In this document: one piece after another, positions 9,284 to 17,446 of the stretch | How the letters are laid out: each line of letters starts with the position of its first letter | Numbering within the stretch: position 1 is the first letter of the stretch | From: an uncultured Gammaproteobacteria bacterium | Lineage (GTDB): Bacteria > Patescibacteriota > Microgenomatia > UBA10105 > UBA927 | Length of the DNA stretch: 64,000 bases | Reading direction: 5' to 3' | NCBI GenBank assembly: GCA_964596355.1 | Contig: CAZQTD010000002.1 | Span: 24,929 to 88,928 of the forward strand | Program-made: the position numbers and the translations under genes | Notes under the pieces: generated by a model | What the model saw: only the letters and a program-made list of their open reading frames with translations | Database searches by the model: none | What the model was told of the DNA's origin: nothing

Positions 9284-11671
9284 ATGAACGAACTTACATC
9301 ACCAGCCGAATTTATCCTTCCCGTCGTTCCGATACGAGACGGCATCGTGTTTCCCGGAACAGAGATGATTCTTACGTTTGGCAGACAGCGGTCTGTTTCT
9401 TCCATAGAAGCGGCGCAAAGCTCCGGAAAGCGCGTGGTGTTGGTTATGCAGAGAAATCCCAATATAAACGATCCTACTCCTTCTGACTTATATCAAATGG
9501 CAACTATTGGTGAAATCGTTCAAATGATGAAAAACGAAGGAGAAATCAACGCGCTTGTGAAAGGAATAGCGAAAGTTGAAATCCTTTCGTATGAATCGGT
9601 CGAGCCGTTTTTTGTCGCGCGCGTCATAGAACGGCAGGATATATCGGATACGTCGGACGAAACCAAAGCGCTTTTTAATCATTTGACTAATAAGCTTCGC
9701 ACTGCAGTAAAAATGGGTAAGACGATGGATTTCCTGACGTTTATGAACATCATGTCGGGGATTACCCCGCTTGCGCTTTCCTATCACTTAGCCGGAATAT
9801 TAGACATAAAGCCCAGTGAGCGGCAGGAGTTGTTGGAGCTTTCGTCAGTAAAAGAGCGGTTGGAGCGGGAGGCCACACTTCTTGCGCGAGAAACGAGGAT
9901 ATTGGAGCTGGAGAAAAAAATTGCAAGTAAAACGCAGGAAAAATTTGATAAAAACGTTAAAGAACAGGTGCTTCGTGAACGCATTAAGACCATAGAGAAG
10001 GAACTCGGCGAAGATGAAGATGGCAAAGAAATTAAGGAATTGCGGGAAAAAATTAAAAAAGCCAATATGCCCGATGATGTGCGGCGGAAGGCAGAAAAAG
10101 AACTGTCACGTCTTGCGCAAATGTCACAATACAATCCGGAAACGTCGTACGTGCGTACGTATCTTGATACGCTTGTTGAACTTCCGTGGGCAGTTGCCAG
10201 TCCAAACAACGTAAACATCAAGGATGCGGAAAAGGTGTTGAACGAAGATCACTATGGCCTTAAGAAAATCAAAGAACGCATTTTGGAATACCTTGCAGTT
10301 ATGAAGCTTCGCGCGCACGCTGCTTCAGGAAATGATACATTGCACAAGGGTAAAGCCGCGCCGACGATTTTGTGTTTTGTTGGGCCGCCGGGAGTTGGCA
10401 AGACGTCCATCGGCAAATCGATTGCGCGCGCGCTGGGACGCAAATTTGTGAAAATGTCTTTGGGCGGCATCCGCGACGAGGCGGAAATTCGCGGTCACAG
10501 AAGGACTTACGTGGGTGCTCTCCCCGGCCGCATCATCCAAGGTATTAAGCAGGCAGGGACTAAAAACCCGATTTTCATGCTCGATGAAATAGATAAAGTC
10601 GGCGCCGATTTCCGCGGGGATCCCTCTGCGGCACTTCTGGAGGCTCTCGATCCAGAGCAAAACTCGGCGTTTTCCGATCACTACTTGGAAGTGCCGTTTG
10701 ATTTATCCGATGTGTTTTTCATCACGACCTGCAACATGCTCGATACGATTCCGCCCGCGCTCCGCGACAGGCTGGAAGTTATCCGATTTGCCGGATATAC
10801 GGAAGATGAAAAGTTCCACATTGCTTCGGATTTTCTTTATGAAAAGCAGCGTGAGATTCACGCGGTACCTGCAGGTGTTGTTCAATTGAGCGAAGCGGCA
10901 ATTTATGAAATTATTCGTCGCTACACGCGTGAAGCGGGCGTGCGCAATTTGGAGCGAGAAATTGCGACTATTTTTCGGAAAGTTGCCAAAAAAATTGCCG
11001 ACAGCGAAAAAAAGCAGACTTTTGTCATCACCCCCAAGTCTCTTCATGAATACTTGGGTCCGTACCGTTTTACGTCATATCTTGCGGAGAAAAAAGACGA
11101 GGTGGGCATGTCGACTGGATTAGCGTGGACAGAAGCAGGAGGGGACATCCTTTTTATTGAAGCCGCGCTCATGCCGGGCAAAGGATCGTTGACACTTACA
11201 GGTCACTTGGGTGATGTTATGAAAGAATCTGCGCAAGCAGCGATGTCATATGTGAGAAATCGATGGAAGCTCCTTGGACTTGATGAAAAGTTTTACCACA
11301 AGCTAGATATCCACGTTCATGTGCCGGAAGGTGCAGTGCCCAAGGATGGCCCGTCTGCGGGAGCAGCTATCGCCACGGCGCTAGTTTCAGCGCTTACGAA
11401 AATTCCGGTGAAACGGACGGTAGCAATGACCGGCGAAATTACCCTGAGAGGGAGGGTGCTGGAAATCGGCGGTGTAAAAGAAAAAGTGATTGCCGCGCAC
11501 AGAGCCGGCATTAAAACAGTTCTTCTGCCAAAAAACAATAAAAAAGATATGGAAGACATTCCCAAGAGCGTGCAGAAAGACCTTGTGTTTCACTTTGTAG
11601 AGCACATGGACGAAGTGCTTAGTATTGCCCTGACACGAACGCCTATCGCAAAGGGGAAACTTACCGCATAA
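9284..11671 (+). CDS. lon: ATP-dependent Lon protease
   Basis: 795 aa. Has the LON N-domain, Walker [10 protein letters not shown], and the catalytic-serine region [10 protein letters not shown]. Confidence 0.95.
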   Translation: MNELTSPAEFILPVVPIRDGIVFPGTEMILTFGRQRSVSSIEAAQSSGKRVVLVMQRNPNINDPTPSDLYQMATIGEIVQMMKNEGEINALVKGIAKVEILSYESVEPFFVARVIERQDISDTSDETKALFNHLTNKLRTAVKMGKTMDFLTFMNIMSGITPLALSYHLAGILDIKPSERQELLELSSVKERLEREATLLARETRILELEKKIASKTQEKFDKNVKEQVLRERIKTIEKELGEDEDGKEIKELREKIKKANMPDDVRRKAEKELSRLAQMSQYNPETSYVRTYLDTLVELPWAVASPNNVNIKDAEKVLNEDHYGLKKIKERILEYLAVMKLRAHAASGNDTLHKGKAAPTILCFVGPPGVGKTSIGKSIARALGRKFVKMSLGGIRDEAEIRGHRRTYVGALPGRIIQGIKQAGTKNPIFMLDEIDKVGADFRGDPSAALLEALDPEQNSAFSDHYLEVPFDLSDVFFITTCNMLDTIPPALRDRLEVIRFAGYTEDEKFHIASDFLYEKQREIHAVPAGVVQLSEAAIYEIIRRYTREAGVRNLEREIATIFRKVAKKIADSEKKQTFVITPKSLHEYLGPYRFTSYLAEKKDEVGMSTGLAWTEAGGDILFIEAALMPGKGSLTLTGHLGDVMKESAQAAMSYVRNRWKLLGLDEKFYHKLDIHVHVPEGAVPKDGPSAGAAIATALVSALTKIPVKRTVAMTGEITLRGRVLEIGGVKEKVIAAHRAGIKTVLLPKNNKKDMEDIPKSVQKDLVFHFVEHMDEVLSIALTRTPIAKGKLTA

Positions 11672-12548
11672 AATCAAAAATAACTTTTGATATCTCAGCA
11701 ACAAGTGCTGACGCCTGTTCTTCATCAGTAATGTCGTTTGTGAACACGCCAAGGTAATATACGGTTTTACCTGCCGCTACAATGCCAACGTCGTGAACCG
11801 AGCCGGTGCCGGTACCGATTTTATGATAGACTGTTATTCCCGCAGGAAGAAGTGCGGGCAGTCGATCTTCAAAATCGCTGTCTTTCATAATCGACAGCAC
11901 TTCTTGCGTATATGCATCGTTGACGATATCTCGCTGGTACAGACGTCGCATAAGGAGAGCAATATCGCGGTTTGACGTTTTATTGTTTACCATATCTGTT
12001 TGCGTCATGCCCCACGAGTTGACGAGCTTTTGGATGCGCTCAAGCGTAAGGATGTGATTTCCAACAATGTGTGCTGCGGTATTGTCGCTTTTTTTCATCA
12101 TCAGTTGGGCAAGCGTTTTGATAGAATACTGATTTCCCGGCTCTTCATAGCGCAGGACGCCAGTACCGTAATGCTGGATATCTTGTGCTTGAATCGTGAT
12201 GACTGTATCAAGATCAACTGTTCCGGCTTGGGCGTCGTGATACAGCGCTATAAGAATAGGTATTTTGTTTACAGAAGCGGCAGAATAGATGACTGACTCG
12301 TTTATTCCCATAGTAAAGTCAGACGTGAAATCCACGACATAAATTGAATAATTTTTCCAATTGCTAGCAATTTTGTTGACGACCAGTTGTTTGAGTTTCT
12401 GCGGGTCTTTGGTGCGACGCATGAAGCGAGATACGAAGGATCTTGTTGCTTGGTGGTCGTCAGGAAGCGGCGATATTATTTGTGCTTTTGACTTATCCGA
12501 AGCAAGCGCCAGAAGAGATGTGAGCATAATGACCGTGCCATATACCAT
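11661..12548 (-). CDS. class A beta-lactamase-like serine hydrolase (secreted/membrane-anchored)
   Basis: SxxK (SVNK), SDN (KSDNTAA) and KTG-like (KIGTG) motifs in class A order. N-terminal hydrophobic segment. Start chosen at the internal Met preceding the signal-like segment; the upstream ATG at 12611 is also possible. Convergent 11-nt overlap with the lon stop. Confidence 0.6.
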   Translation of the reverse strand: MVYGTVIMLTSLLALASDKSKAQIISPLPDDHQATRSFVSRFMRRTKDPQKLKQLVVNKIASNWKNYSIYVVDFTSDFTMGINESVIYSAASVNKIPILIALYHDAQAGTVDLDTVITIQAQDIQHYGTGVLRYEEPGNQYSIKTLAQLMMKKSDNTAAHIVGNHILTLERIQKLVNSWGMTQTDMVNNKTSNRDIALLMRRLYQRDIVNDAYTQEVLSIMKDSDFEDRLPALLPAGITVYHKIGTGTGSVHDVGIVAAGKTVYYLGVFTNDITDEEQASALVAEISKVIFDFMR

Positions 12549-12624
12549 CAGTTTCTTCAGACAAGAATAAGGGATTTGTGTGGTGCGTCGCTTGCGGCGA
12601 TCCATGGGCAAATTGTATCACACG

Positions 12625-13182
12625 TTATTTGGAACAGTTATGCCAGGCAGTCAATCCGTCAGTGGAAATAGCAAACGCGGCGGTTCTGATGGATTCCTCT
12701 GCGTTCATTCGCAGATTAACATCTGGGTCCATGCCCATCCGGCTTCGAACGGACCGCCACGTGTCGGGTGAGAATTGATAGAGCCCCACATACGGACCGT
12801 TTACTGCGTTGACTTGCAATCCGGATTCACAGATGGCGATTGTGCGCAACCGTTCGCGGTCTACGCTGTAATGATTAGCGGCGTTGGTAAGCCACTCATC
12901 CAGCTGGGCGTCCATTACCGGAATCGGCGTTGGGATCGGTGTGGCGGTGGATGTAGGTGTAGCTGTCGGTTTTGGTGTCGAACGCGGAGAAGGACGTGGC
13001 TTTGGTTGAGGAGAGAGGGCAGGAGTGGGTGCGCTCGTTGGTGTGGGGGGTAAAGTGGGGGAATACCGCACGATCGCAAGCACCTTGGTCGGCGCTCCGG
13101 CGCGAACCATGGAAACAACGGCTGATGGAGTGGCAAGAGAAACTCCCAGAATAATGCCTATGGTCATTCTATTGATATTCAT
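12625..13182 (-). CDS. Rpf-like transglycosylase-like domain protein with N-terminal anchor and Pro/Thr-rich linker
   Basis: C-terminal CESGLQVNAVNGPYVGLYQFSPDTW matches the transglycosylase-like (Rpf) domain signature. N-terminal TM or signal segment, and a linker PTLPPTPTSAPTPALSPQPKPRPSPRSTPKPTATPTSTATPIPTPIP. Confidence 0.6.
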   Translation of the reverse strand: MNINRMTIGIILGVSLATPSAVVSMVRAGAPTKVLAIVRYSPTLPPTPTSAPTPALSPQPKPRPSPRSTPKPTATPTSTATPIPTPIPVMDAQLDEWLTNAANHYSVDRERLRTIAICESGLQVNAVNGPYVGLYQFSPDTWRSVRSRMGMDPDVNLRMNAEESIRTAAFAISTDGLTAWHNCSK

Positions 13183-13185
13183 TCT

Positions 13186-13668
13186 GTGCTATGGTTATTG
13201 TATATGCTTGGAGCAATTCTTGCTATTGTTATCTGTCAGATTGCGGGAGCCTTGGGAGCGGTGGTTACAGCTCCCGCGATCCCCGCGTGGTATGCCGGTT
13301 TGACAAAGCCGGCGATAAACCCGCCAAATTGGGTATTTGGCCCCGTGTGGACCCTTCTTTATACACTGATGGGAATTGCCGTGTATCTAGTTTGGAAGAA
13401 AGGGATAAAGAAGCCACGCGTTCGGCTCGCAGTGACAGTCTTTGGCATTCATCTTGCGGTTAATACTGCATGGTCTATCGTATTTTTTGGCTTCCACGCT
13501 ATTGCATCAGCGCTTTTCGTCATTTTCATTCTCTGGAGTCTTATAGTTATTCTTATGAAGCTGTTTCATCCGATCGATAAGCGTGCAACCTACTTCCTTG
13601 TTCCCTATTTGGCGTGGGTATCGTTTGCTGCCATCCTCAATTTTTGGCTTCTCATTCTGAATCCGTAG
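13186..13668 (+). CDS. tspO: TspO/MBR family tryptophan-rich sensory protein
   Basis: 160 aa polytopic protein with WYAGLTKPAINPPNWVFGPVWTLLYTLMG, diagnostic of TspO. Confidence 0.8.
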   Translation: MLWLLYMLGAILAIVICQIAGALGAVVTAPAIPAWYAGLTKPAINPPNWVFGPVWTLLYTLMGIAVYLVWKKGIKKPRVRLAVTVFGIHLAVNTAWSIVFFGFHAIASALFVIFILWSLIVILMKLFHPIDKRATYFLVPYLAWVSFAAILNFWLLILNP

Positions 13669-13788
13669 AGGTTATTCAAAATGTTCGAGGGGATCATTTG
13701 ACGGGTCGTTTGGTATTGCGGTTTTTGACACGGTTTTGCGGCACGCAGGGTTTTTTTTGCCGATACCTTCGTAACATTATACCTAAAA

Positions 13789-13865
13789 TGGTACCCCGTG
13801 CCGGATTCGGACCGGCGACCTTCGCCTTGAGAAGGCGACGTCCTAGACCGCTAGACGAACGGGGC
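13789..13865 (-). tRNA. tRNA-Glu (anticodon CUC), CCA encoded
   Basis: The reverse complement folds as a cloverleaf: acceptor GCCCCGU/ACGGGGU (G1-U72 wobble), D-arm, anticodon stem UCGCC/GGCGA with loop UUCUCAA (anticodon CUC), 5-nt variable loop, T-arm GCCGG/CCGGC, and ACCA tail. The T-loop reads UCCGAAU (C at position 55), which is unusual. Confidence 0.75.
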
Positions 13866-13888
13866 ATTTCGACTCAATCCTACGTTCG

Positions 13889-13917
13889 ATTCTATCAGCA
13901 TCCTCTTGACATAGCAA
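13889..13917 (-). promoter_or_regulatory. sigma70-like promoter for tRNA-Glu (minus strand TTGCTA-N17-TAGAAT)
   Basis: On the minus strand, -35 TTGCTA (complement of 13912-13917) and -10 TAGAAT (complement of 13889-13894) with a 17-nt spacer. Lies about 20 nt upstream of the tRNA 5' end. Confidence 0.4.
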
Positions 13918-13934
13918 GGTAAGTTCGCTACTAT
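13906..13934 (+). promoter_or_regulatory. sigma70 consensus promoter for greA (TTGACA-N17-TACTAT)
   Basis: -35 TTGACA at 13906-13911, a 17-nt spacer, and -10 TACTAT at 13929-13934. Back-to-back with the tRNA promoter; the -35 elements are adjacent. Confidence 0.45.
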
Positions 13935-14016
13935 GGACGGTGCTGAATTCATTATTAATTGGGCTCCCTACAGAGAATGACCGTTGCGGGGAGATTTTTT
14001 TTAGGCCGTTTTTCAA

Positions 14017-14493
14017 TTGATGATTATGGACATGACGCACAACAAGGTAGTGTTAACTAAACAAGGACTCGCAGAGCTCAAAGCAGAGCATGAAGAGTTG
14101 GTCAACAAAAAGCGACCGGAAGTCGTAAAGCGTCTTTCTGATGCGCGCGATCTGGGAGATCTGTCAGAAAACAGTGAATATGCCGCAGCAAAACAGGATT
14201 TAGCCTTCATAGACGGCAGAATTTTGGAACTTGAAGAGATAATTCACGGCGCCAAAGTGGTAACTTCGCACAGCAAAGGGCAGGTAGACGTAGGGTGTAA
14301 AGTCACCCTGCACGTGAACGGTAAAAAGGAAGTCTTTACGGTGGTAGGAGAATGGGAGGCAGATCCGGTACAAAAGAAAATCTCCCATGAATCGCCGCTA
14401 GGCAAAGCGCTCATAGGAAAAAAGGTCGGAGAAAAGGTGGAAGTAGAGGCTCCGGCGGGGAAGATACTCTATAAAGTTCTCCATATAGAATAA
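14017..14493 (+). CDS. greA: transcription elongation factor GreA
   Basis: N-terminal coiled-coil with acidic tip (DLGDLSENSEYAAAKQDLAFIDGRILELEE) and a C-terminal FKBP-like domain. The true start may be one of the internal Met codons at 14026-14032. Confidence 0.85.
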   Translation: MMIMDMTHNKVVLTKQGLAELKAEHEELVNKKRPEVVKRLSDARDLGDLSENSEYAAAKQDLAFIDGRILELEEIIHGAKVVTSHSKGQVDVGCKVTLHVNGKKEVFTVVGEWEADPVQKKISHESPLGKALIGKKVGEKVEVEAPAGKILYKVLHIE

Positions 14494-14516
14494 AAAAAAT
14501 AACAGACGACACGCCA

Positions 14517-14538
14517 CCCGCCGAGAAGGCGGGTTTTT
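14517..14538 (+). terminator. Rho-independent terminator after greA
   Basis: CCCGCC-GAGAA-GGCGGG hairpin followed by TTTTT, immediately downstream of the greA stop. Confidence 0.55.
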
Positions 14539-14624
14539 AATAGCGCAGGTATGATATTATTATGGAGAAGATTGCGAAATTATTTGTATCGTCGAATACG
14601 TAATTTCTACAATCTTCTACAGGA

Positions 14625-16712
14625 ATGCCGACAATTGATGAACTCAAAAAAGTGCGGATAGAAAAGCTTGAGCGGCTCAAAAAGCTCAAGATAGACCCGT
14701 ATCCGGCAACCGTCAAACGAGAGCAAACCATAGATCAGGCGCGTCAAATGGATGGCAAGGAAGTAGGCGTTGCCGGGCGCATCATGGGATTACGAAGTCA
14801 CGGAAATATCACATTCGTTGACGTGGCCGATGAGTTCGGAAAAATTCAAGTCGTCTTTAAGTCCAGTGATGTGGACAAACTCGTAAAAGCGATCGTTGAG
14901 CTTTTGGATATCGGCGATTTCATTGCGGTACAAGGGATTGTAGGAAAAACACACGCAGGCGAGATTTCAATATTTGCCAAAGATGCCCAGATGGTTGCCA
15001 AATCCGTGCGTCCTCTGCCTAGCCAATGGCATGGCCTCAAAGATGTCGAAGATCGCTACCGTCAGCGATACGTTGATCTTATCGTTAATCCGTCGGTTCG
15101 TGAGATATTTAAAACGCGCACACGGATTATTACGTTTCTGCGAAGTTTTCTAGACCAGAATGGATTTATGGAAGTCGAAACGCCGGTGCTGCAGCCGATC
15201 TATGGCGGGGCGTCCGCAAAACCCTTTATCACACACCATAACGCGCTTGGGTGTGACTTATTTCTTCGAATTTCCGATGAACTGTATCTGAAACGACTCA
15301 TCGTGGCGGGATTTGAAAAAGTGTATGAGCTTAGCAAAGATTTCAGAAATGAAGGCATTGATCATCAACACAGCCCGGAATTTACGATGCTGGAATTCTA
15401 CTGGGCGTATGCAGATTACGAACGACTCATGACATTTACAGAAGAGATGATGTCCAAGCTCATTGGTTCGATACAAGGATCAATGAAGGTTGTATTTCAA
15501 AAAAAAGAGCTTGACTTTACGCCCCCCTGGCCCAGAAAAACCTATAGAGACGTCGTCTATGAGTATTTAGGTATTGATATTGATGCGGCCGACAGCGAGG
15601 AACGGCTGCTTGGGGCGATAAAGGAAAAGAACATCCAATTGGATCTTACCGGCGTCATCGGCTACGGCGCAATCCTTGATACATTATTCAAAGCGACAGC
15701 CCGCCCGCATTTAACCGGCCCGATGTTTTTGACTGACAGGCCAACGGCGTTTGTAACGCTTGCTAAGCGGCGTCCTGATGATCCAAGAAAAACCGCGTCG
15801 TTTCAGCTTCTTGTTGCGGGTAAAGAGATGATAAACGCGTATAACGAGCTCAATGATCCAATGGATCAAGCGGCTCGGTGGCGCGAATCAGAGAAGCTTG
15901 GAGAAAAGGGCCAGACAGAACATGAAGCATTTGACGCCGATTACATCCGTGCGCTTGAGTACGGTATGCCGCCGGCTGCGGGCTGGGGCATGGGAATTGA
16001 TCGTCTGGTGTCGATTCTAACCGATCAGGAAGGTCTTAAAGATGTCATTTTGTTTCCAGCTTTGCGGCCCGAATATGCCAGCCCTCATTCCAAGACGAAG
16101 CATGATACGATCGAAACTATCGGTGAGACGTTTGAGACGTTGCGAAAGATTACGAGAGAGCAGGCCATTGAACTTCTCCATGCGCATACCAAAAGCGTGA
16201 ACCTGCGGCGGCATTGTTATGCGGTGGGAGCGGTCATGCACGCGCTTGCCAAAAAGCTGGGAGGAGATCCGGCGTTATGGGAAGTGCTAGGTATTCTTCA
16301 CGATGCGGATTGGGAGGAGACAAAAGATAGGCCGGATCATCACACGCTGAAAACATTAGAGTGGTTGAAGGAATTGGGGCTAACTGAAGGCCCGCTTGTT
16401 CATGCATTCATGTCACACAACAGGAAGCACACGCGCTTAGCGGAGCTTGAGGGCGTCATGGAATGGGCGCTTGAAACGTGCGATGAACTCACCGGATTTA
16501 TTGTCGCTGTTGCGCTTGTTCGGCCGGATAAAAAGCTAACATCCGTCACCGTTGAATCGGTTCTCAAAAAGTGGAGGAATAAGGAGTTTGCCAGAGCTGT
16601 TGACCGCGCACAAATTGAAAAGTGCGAAGCAAAACTCGGGATACCTCTCAATGAATTTATTGGGATTGCGCTTGCCGCGATGCAAGACCACCACAAGGAG
16701 CTGGGACTGTAA
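14625..16712 (+). CDS. lysS: lysyl-tRNA synthetase (class II) fused to a C-terminal HD-domain phosphohydrolase
   Basis: Residues 1-490 are canonical LysRS: OB-fold anticodon-binding domain and class II motifs 1-3 (FRNEG, GIDRL). Residues 495-695 carry an HD/HDIG-like domain (H..H...LHDADWEE...HH...H). Confidence 0.85.
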   Translation: MPTIDELKKVRIEKLERLKKLKIDPYPATVKREQTIDQARQMDGKEVGVAGRIMGLRSHGNITFVDVADEFGKIQVVFKSSDVDKLVKAIVELLDIGDFIAVQGIVGKTHAGEISIFAKDAQMVAKSVRPLPSQWHGLKDVEDRYRQRYVDLIVNPSVREIFKTRTRIITFLRSFLDQNGFMEVETPVLQPIYGGASAKPFITHHNALGCDLFLRISDELYLKRLIVAGFEKVYELSKDFRNEGIDHQHSPEFTMLEFYWAYADYERLMTFTEEMMSKLIGSIQGSMKVVFQKKELDFTPPWPRKTYRDVVYEYLGIDIDAADSEERLLGAIKEKNIQLDLTGVIGYGAILDTLFKATARPHLTGPMFLTDRPTAFVTLAKRRPDDPRKTASFQLLVAGKEMINAYNELNDPMDQAARWRESEKLGEKGQTEHEAFDADYIRALEYGMPPAAGWGMGIDRLVSILTDQEGLKDVILFPALRPEYASPHSKTKHDTIETIGETFETLRKITREQAIELLHAHTKSVNLRRHCYAVGAVMHALAKKLGGDPALWEVLGILHDADWEETKDRPDHHTLKTLEWLKELGLTEGPLVHAFMSHNRKHTRLAELEGVMEWALETCDELTGFIVAVALVRPDKKLTSVTVESVLKKWRNKEFARAVDRAQIEKCEAKLGIPLNEFIGIALAAMQDHHKELGL

Positions 16713-16717
16713 CGTTA

Positions 16718-16745
16718 TGTTACTATGTTTTAAAACATAGTAACA
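16718..16745. repeat. perfect 28-bp palindrome (TGTTACTATGTTTT|AAAACATAGTAACA) between lysS and rdgB
   Basis: 14-bp arms with no spacer. No flanking U-tract on either strand. Confidence 0.5.
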
Positions 16746-16751
16746 AAATCC

Positions 16752-17366
16752 ATGAAACTTTTGATAGCGACTGCGAATCCCGGAAAACTTGCAGAAATAC
16801 GCGAGTTTCTTTCGGATTTGCCAATAGAGCTATTGAGCCTTCAAGATATAGAGTGTACGGATGTCATAAAAGAAACCGGGAAAACATTTGAAGAAAACGC
16901 AATTCTTAAGGCGACGTATTATTTCACGCGAAGCGGTCTTCCAACGATTGCCGACGACGGAGGATTTGAAATTGACGCGCTTGGAGGAGCTCCGGGTGTT
17001 AGGTCTCACCGATGGATGAGCGGCGAAGAAGAAAACGACGATGAAGAGCTTATTGCATACACGCTTAAAAAGATGAAGGGATTACCCCCAGTTCGTCGAG
17101 GGGCCCAGCTTCGGTCGGTTATTGCGCTTGTCATTTCAACTGACGCTGTTTATACGGCGGAGGGTGTCATCCGGGGCATCGTGCCGGAACAGGCTTCAAC
17201 GTATAGAATGAAAGGATTTCCATACCGGTCGCTTCTTTATCTACCAGAATGCAACGCGTTCTATAACGAACACGAATTGACGAATGCCGAGAATGAAGCG
17301 TACAATCACAGAAAGAAAGCGATAGAAAAGATCAAACCCATTATTCGGACACATTTATTACGGTAA
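16752..17366 (+). CDS. rdgB: RdgB/HAM1 non-canonical purine NTP pyrophosphatase
   Basis: MKLLIATANPGKLAEIREFL start and conserved ITPase motifs (FEIDALGGAPGV). Confidence 0.85.
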   Translation: MKLLIATANPGKLAEIREFLSDLPIELLSLQDIECTDVIKETGKTFEENAILKATYYFTRSGLPTIADDGGFEIDALGGAPGVRSHRWMSGEEENDDEELIAYTLKKMKGLPPVRRGAQLRSVIALVISTDAVYTAEGVIRGIVPEQASTYRMKGFPYRSLLYLPECNAFYNEHELTNAENEAYNHRKKAIEKIKPIIRTHLLR

Positions 17367-17446
17367 AACTCTCGCGTGTTTTTACGTGGGTGATTAGAGA
17401 GGTATATTGTACAATTATTACATTATTTATTTCTTTTCATAACTCT

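Noticed and set aside
9784-11047. Several minus-strand ORFs (9784-10221, 10325-10681, 10703-11047) inside lon
   Set aside because: They are embedded antisense in the highly conserved Lon coding sequence. They are typical shadow ORFs of a GC-balanced gene.
12578-12778. Two overlapping plus-strand ORFs (66 and 63 aa) at the Rpf-like gene 3' end
   Set aside because: They are short, overlap a supported minus-strand gene, and have no motifs. They are most likely spurious.
13748-13760. T8 run (GGGTTTTTTTTGCC) after tspO as a possible intrinsic terminator
   Set aside because: No convincing GC-rich hairpin immediately upstream could be drawn by eye. It is left unannotated.
16718-16745. Palindrome interpreted as a Rho-independent terminator
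   Set aside because: There is no U-tract on either strand after the stem. It is reported instead as an unexplained palindrome or regulatory candidate.
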